A DNA stretch of 64,000 nt from contig CAWCNS010000004.1 of assembly GCA_963796965.1 (NCBI GenBank), positions 192,001 to 256,000 on the forward strand, in the 5' to 3' direction. This stretch comes from Calditrichia bacterium. Its GTDB lineage: Bacteria > Calditrichota > Calditrichia > JAJRVZ01. Below, piece by piece: positions 31,676 through 41,002 of the stretch. Below the pieces are notes generated by a model. It was given only the letters and a program-made list of their open reading frames with translations, had not been told where the DNA came from and made no database searches. The first letter of the stretch is position 1. Every line of letters starts with the position of its first letter. The position numbers were made by a program, and so were the translations under genes.

Positions 31676-33103
31676 ATGAAGAGATATTTCTTCTATGGGA
31701 TGCTCGTATTAAGCCTCGGGATCATTTCATCATGTAAAGACGAAACAAATCTTGCTGAATTTAGGGATGGCACTATTGGTCAAAAGGAATATATTGACCA
31801 TTATCTACTGAGCACTTTGTACAAACCTGAGGTTATGCCATCAGAAGAAAATCTCAGAGAAATCGTTTCACTCTTGGCGATAAAGAAAATGGCTGTATTA
31901 GAAGCTAAAGAACAAGATATCCCAAATACTAAAGACTATAAAGAGAAATTAGCAGAAAGTGAAAGAAAATTCCTCTGGCAGATGTATCAACAAGCGGAAT
32001 TCACAGATGCTATTGTAACTGACAGTCTGATCAAAAAGTTTTATAACGAATATTCGCCTCAGTACCGTATGGCTTATATTATGCGGCCATTTGTGGAAAA
32101 TTCTACGGAAGAATTTATTCAATCCCAAAAAGATACCATTGAATATGTATATAGTTTGTTGCGGTCAGGACAAAAATTTACTGACTTAGCAAAAAAATAT
32201 TCACAGGATATAACGTCCAATCATAAGGGTGGGGATATTGGTTTTGTCATTAACGAATCTTTAGGTGGTGCAAAACTTAGGGAAGTTATGGACTCCTTAG
32301 ACCAATTCTCTACCTCAGGCCCATTTAAAGGGTATGGCGGATTTTATATCATGTACAAGGGAGAAAAACGCGATGTTGTTGTTCCCCCTTTTGAAGATGT
32401 TAAAGTTAGAATTTGGCAAACACTAAATCGTATACGCGGTCATAAAATAAAAGAGCTGGCTAATCAGCGTTTCGATCTTTTATCGACAAAATACAATTAT
32501 AAAGTTGATGAAACTGTAATGAAGGAAATTCAAATAGCAGCCGGAGAAACTAAAACAAATTTACGTAGCGGCTCAGTAGATTTTAGTCTATTAACCGAGG
32601 GTGAGCTCGGAAAAACCCTGGCCACATTTAATGGCGGATCAATCAAGGTCTCTGATTTATTTGAAAATCCTAAAAAAGCACCAATAAATATGGATGAGTT
32701 TAAAAGACATTTGAAAAGGCGTGCACAAGAACACCTGTATAGTATACATGCCCGCGAGATAGGACTTGACGATACTGAGAAAATTAAAATCCAATTGCTT
32801 GACATGGAGAATACCTTGCTCCAAATATTAATTGGTAAGAAAGAAATTAAAGACAAAGCTCAGATAAAACTTGATTCTCTTAAAGTCGCAGAAATGGAGA
32901 CAATTGATCCTGCCAAAAGAAAAAGTTATTTTCAGCAAAAATATTTTGAGATTGAACGTGGAATTAGAGCAAACTTTGAGAATCAACTAAAAGATAAATA
33001 TGCATTTAAATATATAACAAATAATTTTAAAGCAGCCTTAGCTGAGGCTACTGTGAAAAAAAATGTACAGAATAAAGAAAGAGAAGAGAAACAATCAAAA
33101 TGA
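31676..33103 (+). CDS. Parvulin-type peptidylprolyl isomerase/foldase lipoprotein
   Basis: Lipobox ISSC; FTDLAKKYSQD..KGGDIGF; PPFEDVK. Confidence 0.8.
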   Translation: MKRYFFYGMLVLSLGIISSCKDETNLAEFRDGTIGQKEYIDHYLLSTLYKPEVMPSEENLREIVSLLAIKKMAVLEAKEQDIPNTKDYKEKLAESERKFLWQMYQQAEFTDAIVTDSLIKKFYNEYSPQYRMAYIMRPFVENSTEEFIQSQKDTIEYVYSLLRSGQKFTDLAKKYSQDITSNHKGGDIGFVINESLGGAKLREVMDSLDQFSTSGPFKGYGGFYIMYKGEKRDVVVPPFEDVKVRIWQTLNRIRGHKIKELANQRFDLLSTKYNYKVDETVMKEIQIAAGETKTNLRSGSVDFSLLTEGELGKTLATFNGGSIKVSDLFENPKKAPINMDEFKRHLKRRAQEHLYSIHAREIGLDDTEKIKIQLLDMENTLLQILIGKKEIKDKAQIKLDSLKVAEMETIDPAKRKSYFQQKYFEIERGIRANFENQLKDKYAFKYITNNFKAALAEATVKKNVQNKEREEKQSK

Positions 33104-34297
33104 AAATAACAAATGTGTTGATAATAATTTTATGTTTTACTCCTGCGTTAATATTTGCCCAACATACAATATCAATAGATGGCAACTTTGAGGACTGGTC
33201 CAATGTACCGGTGGCCGTAACAGATCCGGCTGATGATGCACATGATACGGAAGGGGATTATCCGGATGGGGGACAGCCATCCTACAGAGACTATTCAGAT
33301 GTAGATATTCTTGAAGTTAAATTTACCAATGATGAAAAAAATCTATATGGCTATATAAAGGCAACTGGGAGAAATTGGTCGAACCTCCTCTGATACATTG
33401 GGTCATGTTAGAAAAGGCCGTTATTATTTTATATTTACGATTGATACGGATAATAATGACACCACAGGTTATCGTCTTAAAGAGGGAGGCTATTATCCGG
33501 ATAGCAAGGGATATGATGTCAATATGGAAGTTGAATTTTATAATGGTGCTTTTAATACAGGACATTATATCAATCATGAGTTTTTAACCCAGCATCAATT
33601 AAATACGCAGGGTCCTGTGGATTTGGCCAATGGAGTGATCGATCTGGCGCCGGGTACTTATGACTATTATACCCAATGGGTTACTTTTGATGATTCCAGC
33701 TATGTGATGGTAGCTGATAGAGGTCCCGTTTATCAGGGTATTATAACGATTGCTGTCTCGCCTGATGGACATGAAGCAGAGATTTTGGCTCCCATGTGGG
33801 GTTTCCTAAAAACACCCGAAGGTGATCCTATTGTTGATATTGGTTATACAATGGATATTTCTGCTTCGTTAGAAGCCAGTGGTGAATTATCAGAGCAAGC
33901 CAATGATCCAACAGGTAGTAGCTCATCATGGGGTTCCGATACGGCTGAACCCTTTAAATACACGGTTGTAAATCCAGCCACGGCAATTCAGGCAAAAATT
34001 GATCAGGTAATATTACCGGATACACCGGTTTTACATCCAAATTATCCAAATCCTTTCAATCCACAAACGACTATTTCGTATGAATTACCTGTTACTAGTT
34101 CAGTGAAAGTTGTCATTTATGACATCTTAGGGCGTGAGGTTATCGAATTGGTTGATCAACAACAAAGTGCTGGTCATCATCAGGTTGTCTGGAATGGAAA
34201 AGATTTTGGTGGTAATAGTGTCGGTTCCGGCATATACTTGTATCAATTAAAAACAGGTTCTTATACCCGTGTTCAAAAAATGATTCTTAGTCGATAG
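33100..34297 (+). CDS. Secreted protein with DOMON/CBM9-like domain and T9SS/FlgD-like CTD, frameshift near 33370
   Basis: Signal peptide, ISIDGNFEDW, IDTDNNDTTGY, NYPNPFNPQTTI...KMILSR. Confidence 0.75.
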
Positions 34298-34417
34298 GGT
34301 CACCTGTTCTTCAATGATATGTCTAACGCAGAGATCTTAATGCGGTGAATTAAATATCATTCTTGTCATTCCGTCCCGGAACGGGATGACATATTGTATG
34401 TATTAAAAGGAAATGTC

Positions 34418-34538
34418 TCTCGCAAAGACGCAAAGACGCAAAGGCAAATTTTATATTAGTTTAAACTAATCGCATCTCTATATATGATTAACATTTTTTT
34501 ATAATTTTATATAATTATTTCTTAGCGTCTTAGCGAGA
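34418..34538. repeat. REPIN-like inverted pair, TCTCGCAAAG family
   Basis: TCTCGCAAAGACGCAAAGACGCAAAG ... CTTAGCGTCTTAGCGAGA; solo arms at 912-938, 10908-10926 and 16115-16151. Confidence 0.8.
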
Positions 34539-34686
34539 AATGAAATATCCAATTATTTTATTCTTCATAAATCTAGTTTTTAATCCTTTCAATAGTTAGA
34601 GATAAATCCTAAATTCCTTATAGGTTTTATCGAATAATACCTGAGTCATAATTATAATCTATTCATATTGCCTAAAAGGATAATCC

Positions 34687-37600
34687 ATGCGAATCTCCTT
34701 GCTTGTGTTCCTGTTTTATTTCTTTTTTTCTTCTTTCATTACAGCGAATGTATCTTTTGCTGCTGAAAAAAGTTTGACAGAAAAAATCAGACAAAGTTTT
34801 AAAGATCCTCCCACGGATTGCTGGCCCCATACACGTTGGTGGTGGCCGGGTAACCCCGTGAGTAAAGAAACCATAACCTGGCATCTGGAGCAAATGAATT
34901 CCCATGGTATTAAAGGTGTAGAGCAAATCTCAATGGGAAACTATTATCAAAAAGGAAGTATTCCATTCATGTCCGAAGAGTTTCTGGATATGCTCACCCA
35001 TATGGTTAAAGAAGCCAAACGGCTTGGGATGGAAGTATCCATTAATTATGGTGGACCTGGATGGATAATTGGCGGTGAGTGGGTGCCTGAAGATGAAAGA
35101 AGTAAAGACATCGTTCCAACATCCGCCATTCTAACCGGGCCAATGAAATTCTCTGGTAAATTGCCCGATAAACTTACACGGACAAAACGGTCCTGGGAAA
35201 TTTATAAACCTAAACTTGAAGGAAAAGAAAAACTATTAGCGGTTGTTGCCGGTAAGATCGAAAATAATGTCATCAACGAATCCTCAATTAGAATTCTCAC
35301 AGATAAAGTCAATAATGGCAGAATTGATTGGGAAGTGCCAGGAGGTGAATGGCGATTGATGGCTTTCTGGATGACGCGAAATGATCATGATCACGCTGTT
35401 GATCATTTTAGTACTAAGGCCATGCGAAATTATTGCAATTATTTTGGTGGGGCGCTTAAAGATGCATTTGGTGAGGACTTTGGTGCAACGGTGGAGTCTA
35501 TGTTCATTGATAGTTTTGAATTACCGAATTCAGCAAGCGGTATCTACTGGAGTGATGATCTCCTGGAGAAATATAAGAAATACAAGGGATATGATCTCAC
35601 ACCTTATCTTCCTGCAATTTGGTGGGAAGTTGGTGATATCTCGGCAAAAATCCGTTATGATGTCAATCAATTTTTGCATCATGTGGGATTGGATGTGTTT
35701 TATAAAGAATTTGTCGGATGGTGTGATAGAAATGGAGTAAAGTCTCGCATACAAACCTACGGGTTTACTACGGATAACATACAATCGGCGGGCAGTACAC
35801 ATATCCCAGAAATGGAAATCACCGCTGGTGAAAAAGATGCCATGGACTGGTTCGACACCCGTATAGGTCCCAAAAAATATGTTGCGTCTGGTGCCCATAT
35901 ATATGGAAAAGATGTGATTTCAACAGAAGCCTATACTTTTATGCATTATGAAAGATACCGGGCTACTCTGGAGGAGCTGAAAATTGCTTCGGATAATTAC
36001 TTGAGGGCAGGAACAACAAAATTTTATAATCACGGGTATAGTTTTACACCGGAAAAGGACGTGGCCCCATCCCGGGCTGTTGGTTTTGCCGCAAATATTA
36101 GCCCAACAAATGTTTGGTGGGACTATTATCCGAATTTGGCTGAATATGTTGCCCGGTGTTCCTATTTACTCCGACAAGGCGACTTTAGTCCGGATATTGC
36201 AATCTACTCTCCCCTTGCTAATCAATGGACTCTCAATGTCCTGAATGCCCGAAAGTGGACCAGAGAATTTGACTGGGGAGATTTGGGCGAATTGTTACTC
36301 TCAAACGGATATGATTATGACCTTTTAAATGATGATGCTCTTCAGAATATCGCCCGTATTGAAAATGGTCGGATCGTTATCCGTAATATGGAATATAAAG
36401 TTTTATTACTCCCAGCTATTAAATCTTTACCTCTTGAGACTTTGAAATTTATCCACGATTATGTAAACCAGGGCGGTGTCGTGATTGCTTTGGACAGGAT
36501 ACCGGAAAGTTCTACGGGTTTTGTCGATTATAAAAAAAACGATGTTGAAGTTAAAGAATTGGTTAAGGAATTATTTGAAGAACCTTTTGGACGAGACAAG
36601 GTCGGGACGATAAAACTTGGTAAGGGTCATAGTCATTTTATAAAAATGGTTCTGGAAAGAAAGATCTGGTGGGATAAAAGGAGCAGCCCCCTGGATCCTT
36701 TTATCAATACGATCAAAAAATATATTCCGCCTGATTTTGGAATTGACTTTGTATATGAAGGATTGCGCAAAAATAAAGGCCTCGTTTTTATGCACCGCAA
36801 ACTTGATGACGCTGATATCTATTTTGTCACCAATATTCAGGATATAGCAAGCACAATTCCGGTTACATTCAGAGTAAAAGGAAAAAAGGTCTGGAACTGG
36901 GATCCGTATAATGGGGACATTTCCCCTATTTATCTCTATGAGGAAAACGAAACGGGCACAAAAATTCCACTGAAATTAAAGGCTTATGAGTCTACATTTA
37001 TCGTCTTTGAAAAAGGTCAGATTGATCATGTAACTACAACCAATTTTCATGATATCATAGATCTGACAGACCAAATTGTTATAGGGGAAGCACTTGGAAA
37101 TGGACTGTACCATACCACCATAAAAGCGAACGGGTCATTGATTTCAAAAACGACGACGGTCTCAACTATTCCAGCGCCTTATGAAATTAATGGAAACTGG
37201 AATCTCGCATTAGAAGGAAAAGATTTTAGTGGATTAGATACGACTTTTTCCACCCTCTTTTCCTGGACGGATGTGTCCTATACAAGGCATTGCAGTGGAT
37301 CCGGACGTTATACGATTAAATTTGATTTACCGAAATCCTATTTTACAGATGATATGATATTGTGTTTGGAATTAGGTAAAGTAGGAGAAATAGCAGATGT
37401 TAAGCTAAATGATAAAAATGCAGGAATTATCTGGATGCGCGGACAGAGTATTGATATTTCAAATAGTGTGAAACCGGGCAAAAATATTCTTGAAATTGTT
37501 GTTACCAACACATCCATCAACCGTGTCTCTGGATTTAAAGAAGTACGGCCTGTTCCTGAGGAACTTATTGACCGATTTGGCACGGCAAATTTAAAAGCAA

Positions 37601-37698
37601 TACAGCGAGAATTTGGCTTCGAGCCGTTACCTCCTTCCGGATTAATGGGACCGGTACGGATTATTCCCAGTAAGAAAGTAAAAATCAATATTCAATAG
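34687..37698 (+). CDS. GH106-like glycoside hydrolase (alpha-L-rhamnosidase family), copy 1
   Basis: PHTRWWWPGN, GWIIGGEWV, VDHFS, FIDSFE, STEAYT, RCSYLLRQG, PSGLMGPV. Confidence 0.8.
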   Translation: MRISLLVFLFYFFFSSFITANVSFAAEKSLTEKIRQSFKDPPTDCWPHTRWWWPGNPVSKETITWHLEQMNSHGIKGVEQISMGNYYQKGSIPFMSEEFLDMLTHMVKEAKRLGMEVSINYGGPGWIIGGEWVPEDERSKDIVPTSAILTGPMKFSGKLPDKLTRTKRSWEIYKPKLEGKEKLLAVVAGKIENNVINESSIRILTDKVNNGRIDWEVPGGEWRLMAFWMTRNDHDHAVDHFSTKAMRNYCNYFGGALKDAFGEDFGATVESMFIDSFELPNSASGIYWSDDLLEKYKKYKGYDLTPYLPAIWWEVGDISAKIRYDVNQFLHHVGLDVFYKEFVGWCDRNGVKSRIQTYGFTTDNIQSAGSTHIPEMEITAGEKDAMDWFDTRIGPKKYVASGAHIYGKDVISTEAYTFMHYERYRATLEELKIASDNYLRAGTTKFYNHGYSFTPEKDVAPSRAVGFAANISPTNVWWDYYPNLAEYVARCSYLLRQGDFSPDIAIYSPLANQWTLNVLNARKWTREFDWGDLGELLLSNGYDYDLLNDDALQNIARIENGRIVIRNMEYKVLLLPAIKSLPLETLKFIHDYVNQGGVVIALDRIPESSTGFVDYKKNDVEVKELVKELFEEPFGRDKVGTIKLGKGHSHFIKMVLERKIWWDKRSSPLDPFINTIKKYIPPDFGIDFVYEGLRKNKGLVFMHRKLDDADIYFVTNIQDIASTIPVTFRVKGKKVWNWDPYNGDISPIYLYEENETGTKIPLKLKAYESTFIVFEKGQIDHVTTTNFHDIIDLTDQIVIGEALGNGLYHTTIKANGSLISKTTTVSTIPAPYEINGNWNLALEGKDFSGLDTTFSTLFSWTDVSYTRHCSGSGRYTIKFDLPKSYFTDDMILCLELGKVGEIADVKLNDKNAGIIWMRGQSIDISNSVKPGKNILEIVVTNTSINRVSGFKEVRPVPEELIDRFGTANLKAIQREFGFEPLPPSGLMGPVRIIPSKKVKINIQ

Positions 37699-37845
37699 AC
37701 AATACGGATTAATCATGTCAAATGTGAAATGTCAAATGTGAAACGTAGGGCAACATAAATATTCAATATCCAACAGCGAATATCCAGCCGGATAAGTAAT
37801 TGAATGTTCCGTGTTGAATATTGATTATTCAAAAGGACTATTACC

Positions 37846-38826
37846 ATGAAAAAGTACAATATCCCAAACACAAACTTAGAAACATCTCGCATAGCCTATG
37901 GATGTATGAAACTAGGGGGAACATGGGATCAGGCACCATTTACCCAATCTGATGTTGTTTTAGCAAAAAAGGCGATTATGACGGCATTGGAACAAGATAT
38001 CAATTTTTTTGATCATGCCGATATTTATGCTAAGGGGAAATCGGAAAAAGTGTTCGCCGAAATTATGAAAGATATCCCGGGATTGAGGGAGAAAATAATT
38101 CTTCAATCAAAATGTGGCATACGGTTTCCGGATGATCCGAATCCCGGGAGATCCGGTACGTTATGATTTTCGCTATGAGTATATTATTGAATCAGTGGAT
38201 AGAGATTTTAAAACGACTGAATACGGAGTATCTTGGATATTTTACTTCTTCACGGCCCGATCCCTTGGGAGAACCAGAAGAAGTGGCCCGTGCATTTGAT
38301 CTATTATATCAGAGTGGTAAAGTGCGTCATTTTGGGGTAAGTAATCATAATGGTTCCCAGATTGCATCTTTCTGCAAAAGCATCTTAATCAGAAAATCGT
38401 TGCCAATCAGGTAGAAATAAATCTTTTGCATTCCCATATGATTTACGAAGGTATTATATGGAATATTAAAAATGATCCCATTCCACCGGCTGGTGGAACG
38501 CTTGAATATTGCCGAATGAATGATATCATGATTCAGGCCTGGGGGCCGGTGGCAAGTGGAAAACTGATCGATCCGGAGAAGGATGTGGATGATCGTCATA
38601 AGAGAAACAGTGGGATTGATTGAAAATTAGCGAAACAAAAAAATACCAGCAAAGAGGCGATTGCCATTGGATGGTTATTAAGACATCCGGCAAAAATTCT
38701 TACCAATAATTGGGACTATAAATACAGATCGTATCAAAAAATTGTTTCAGGCGGACTAAGATAGATCTCAGCCGTGAAGAATGGTATTCCCTATTTTCTG
38801 CAGGGCGGGGAAAGTCAATGCCCTAG
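37846..38826 (+). pseudogene. Aldo/keto reductase (YdhF-like), broken by many indels (pseudogene or sequencing errors)
   Basis: IAYGCM, FFDHADIY, QSKCGI, GKVRHFGVSNH, WLLRHPA, LSREEWY..AGRG fragments in shifting frames. Confidence 0.75.
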
Positions 38827-38995
38827 TAATACAAAGGAAATAAAGTAAAAGGGTAAAGGGTAAAAGGAAAAGAGAATTAGGTATAAGATATAGGGTATAA
38901 GTGAAAATAATTATTCATTTGAAATTATGATCAATTCATCCCGATAGAAAGAATTAGATTATTAACTCGAGAGGTTTTATTTTTGTAGAAAAATA

Positions 38996-39150
38996 TCGTA
39001 ACCCAAAAACATATAATCCTTGTAGAGGATTTATAATTGCTTTTAACAATATATCTACTCCTACCATCAATAATGCATCCTCTACGAGGATGGGTTTTTG
39101 ATTATGCATGCTTTGTTACAATAATTTATCCTCTACAAGGATATGATTAT
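38996..39150. repeat. ATCCTCTACGAGGAT-family REP cluster, copy 1
   Basis: One inverted hairpin (ATCCTTGTAGAGGAT) then two forward hairpins; collinear with 44134-44385. Confidence 0.8.
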
Positions 39151-39265
39151 TAGTATATGCGTTTATTTTTCAATTCTGATAAAAATTGTGTGTTTAGTCG
39201 CTGCGTGAAAAAGAATCGGTATAGTGAACTAAATTATTCTAGGTCAGGCATACCGGAGAAATTAA

Positions 39266-40081
39266 ATGAATGGTAGAGCAACTTAAAGAAGTCTTATAGA
39301 TGGAGAAAGAATATACGGAACGGCCATATTGTCTGATTCTTCTTTATGGCCCACTGCTGTTAAACAAAGTGGTATAGATTTTGTGTTTATCGATACGGAG
39401 CATATTCCTATTGGAAGGGAAAAGCTTTCAAATATGTGCCAAATATACAAGGCTACGGGATTGCCTCCCATTGTACGAATTCCCTCACCGGATCCATTTG
39501 AAGCCTGTAAGGTTCTGGATGGTGGGGCTGTTGGAATCATGGCACCCTATGTCGAATCCGTTGATCAGGTCAAAGCCCTCGTTGGTGCAACTAAACTCCG
39601 CCCGTTAAAAGGAAAAAAACTCGATGCTCTTTTGAATAATTCTCAAAATATCGGACATACATTAGATAGTTACATTAGAGCGAGATGCGAAAATAATGTT
39701 CTATGGATAAATATTGAGAGTGTGGAAGCCGTTGAAAAATTGGATAAACTCTTATCAGTTCCAGGTCTTGATGGTGTCGTAATAGGCCCGCATGATCTTT
39801 CTTGCAGCATGGAAGTTCCTGAGGACTATACCAATCCAAAATTTGAGAAAATGGTGAAAAAAATAATCAAACAAACACGCGAAAAAAATCTACCGATTGG
39901 AATACATTTTTCTGAAGAAGCTGAAATGCAAATTAAATGGGCCAATGTGGGGACCAATATTATACTTCAGAGCTCTGATATTTCACTCTTTGGCAAAGCC
40001 TTAAAAAATGATGTGGATAAAATCCGCCAGGGCCTTGATGAGACAATTGATGAGTCAAATTCTGACAAAATTATTATCTAG
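39266..40081 (+). CDS. HpcH/HpaI-family class II aldolase; in-frame TAA at 39284 near the N-terminus, probably compensating indels
   Basis: FIDTEH, IVRIP, NIES, IGPHDL; GGAG RBS before ATG 39266, in frame with ORF 39329. Confidence 0.85.
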
Positions 40082-40236
40082 CCTGTATGTTGTAATTCAA
40101 GTTTATGCGAAAATATAAAAAATAGTCCACGGATAATTCGTGAACAAAATCATTTTTTAGTGCATCCTACAGGTGCGCGATGTTTAATGAATCAAATTAA
40201 TCATCTTTATAAAAAGAGGCATGAATTTTATTTAAA

Positions 40237-40873
40237 TGCCCCAAAGGGGCAATAGCAAAAGCGTAGGGCAACGCCCTATGATTAAAATCCATATTATGTA
40301 TTAGCCCTGAAAGGGCGAAAGCAAAAGAAATATTGTGCCACAGTCATTATCAAAAGTTTATGTACATATAATATTTAGTACCAAAAACCGAGAAAACCTC
40401 ATTGATGAAAGAATTGAAAATTCACTATATGAATATTTGGGTGGTATTTGTAAAGGATTAGAGTGTAATCCCGTTAAGATTGGTGGACATAAGAATCATG
40501 TTCATATATTATGTTTACTCTCACGTAAAGTATCTCAGATGAAATTGCTAGAGGAAATAAAAAAGCAATCATCAAAATGGATCAAGACAAAAGATCCCGC
40601 CTATTCCAATTTTTATTGGCAGGATGGTTATGGTATTTTTTCAATTAATCCTACAGAAACCGATAAGGTCATTAATTATATACAACTTCAACAAGAACAT
40701 CATAAACATAAAAATTTTCAAGACGAATTCATCGCTTTTCTAAAGAAATACCAGGTAGAATATGATGAGCGCTATATATGGGATTAGGCTTACGCCCCAT
40801 CAGGGCTTGGATTTTTATTATTCCAGGTTCACAGGGCGTTGCCCTGTGTTAGTGCTCATGCCCTTTCAGGGCA
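40237..40873 (+). mobile_element. IS200-like/RAYT-like unit: Y1 transposase between inverted 86-bp REP arrays, no tnpB
   Basis: Left 40237-40322 (GCCCCAAAGGGGC, AGGGCAACGCCCT, GCCCTGAAAGGGC) mirrors right 40788-40873. Confidence 0.85.
40335..40787 (+). CDS. tnpA: IS200/IS605-family Y1 HUH transposase
   Basis: HIIFSTKNR, NHVH (HUH), WQDGYG, YIQLQ (YxxxQ). Confidence 0.93.
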   Translation: MPQSLSKVYVHIIFSTKNRENLIDERIENSLYEYLGGICKGLECNPVKIGGHKNHVHILCLLSRKVSQMKLLEEIKKQSSKWIKTKDPAYSNFYWQDGYGIFSINPTETDKVINYIQLQQEHHKHKNFQDEFIAFLKKYQVEYDERYIWD

Positions 40874-41002
40874 ATGGACGATAAAATAAAAGGTAAATAA
40901 CAGACGTAGAGGCCAGCCCCAGCGAAATATAGGCGGGCAAGGCAGAGAAATAATTTTTTTAATATATTATTAATCCGTGGATAAAATCATTTTTTAATTA
41001 TA

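Noticed and set aside
40788..41002. tnpB/omega-RNA downstream of tnpA
   Set aside because: Only about 215 bp before the next gene, filled by the REP array; no ORF.
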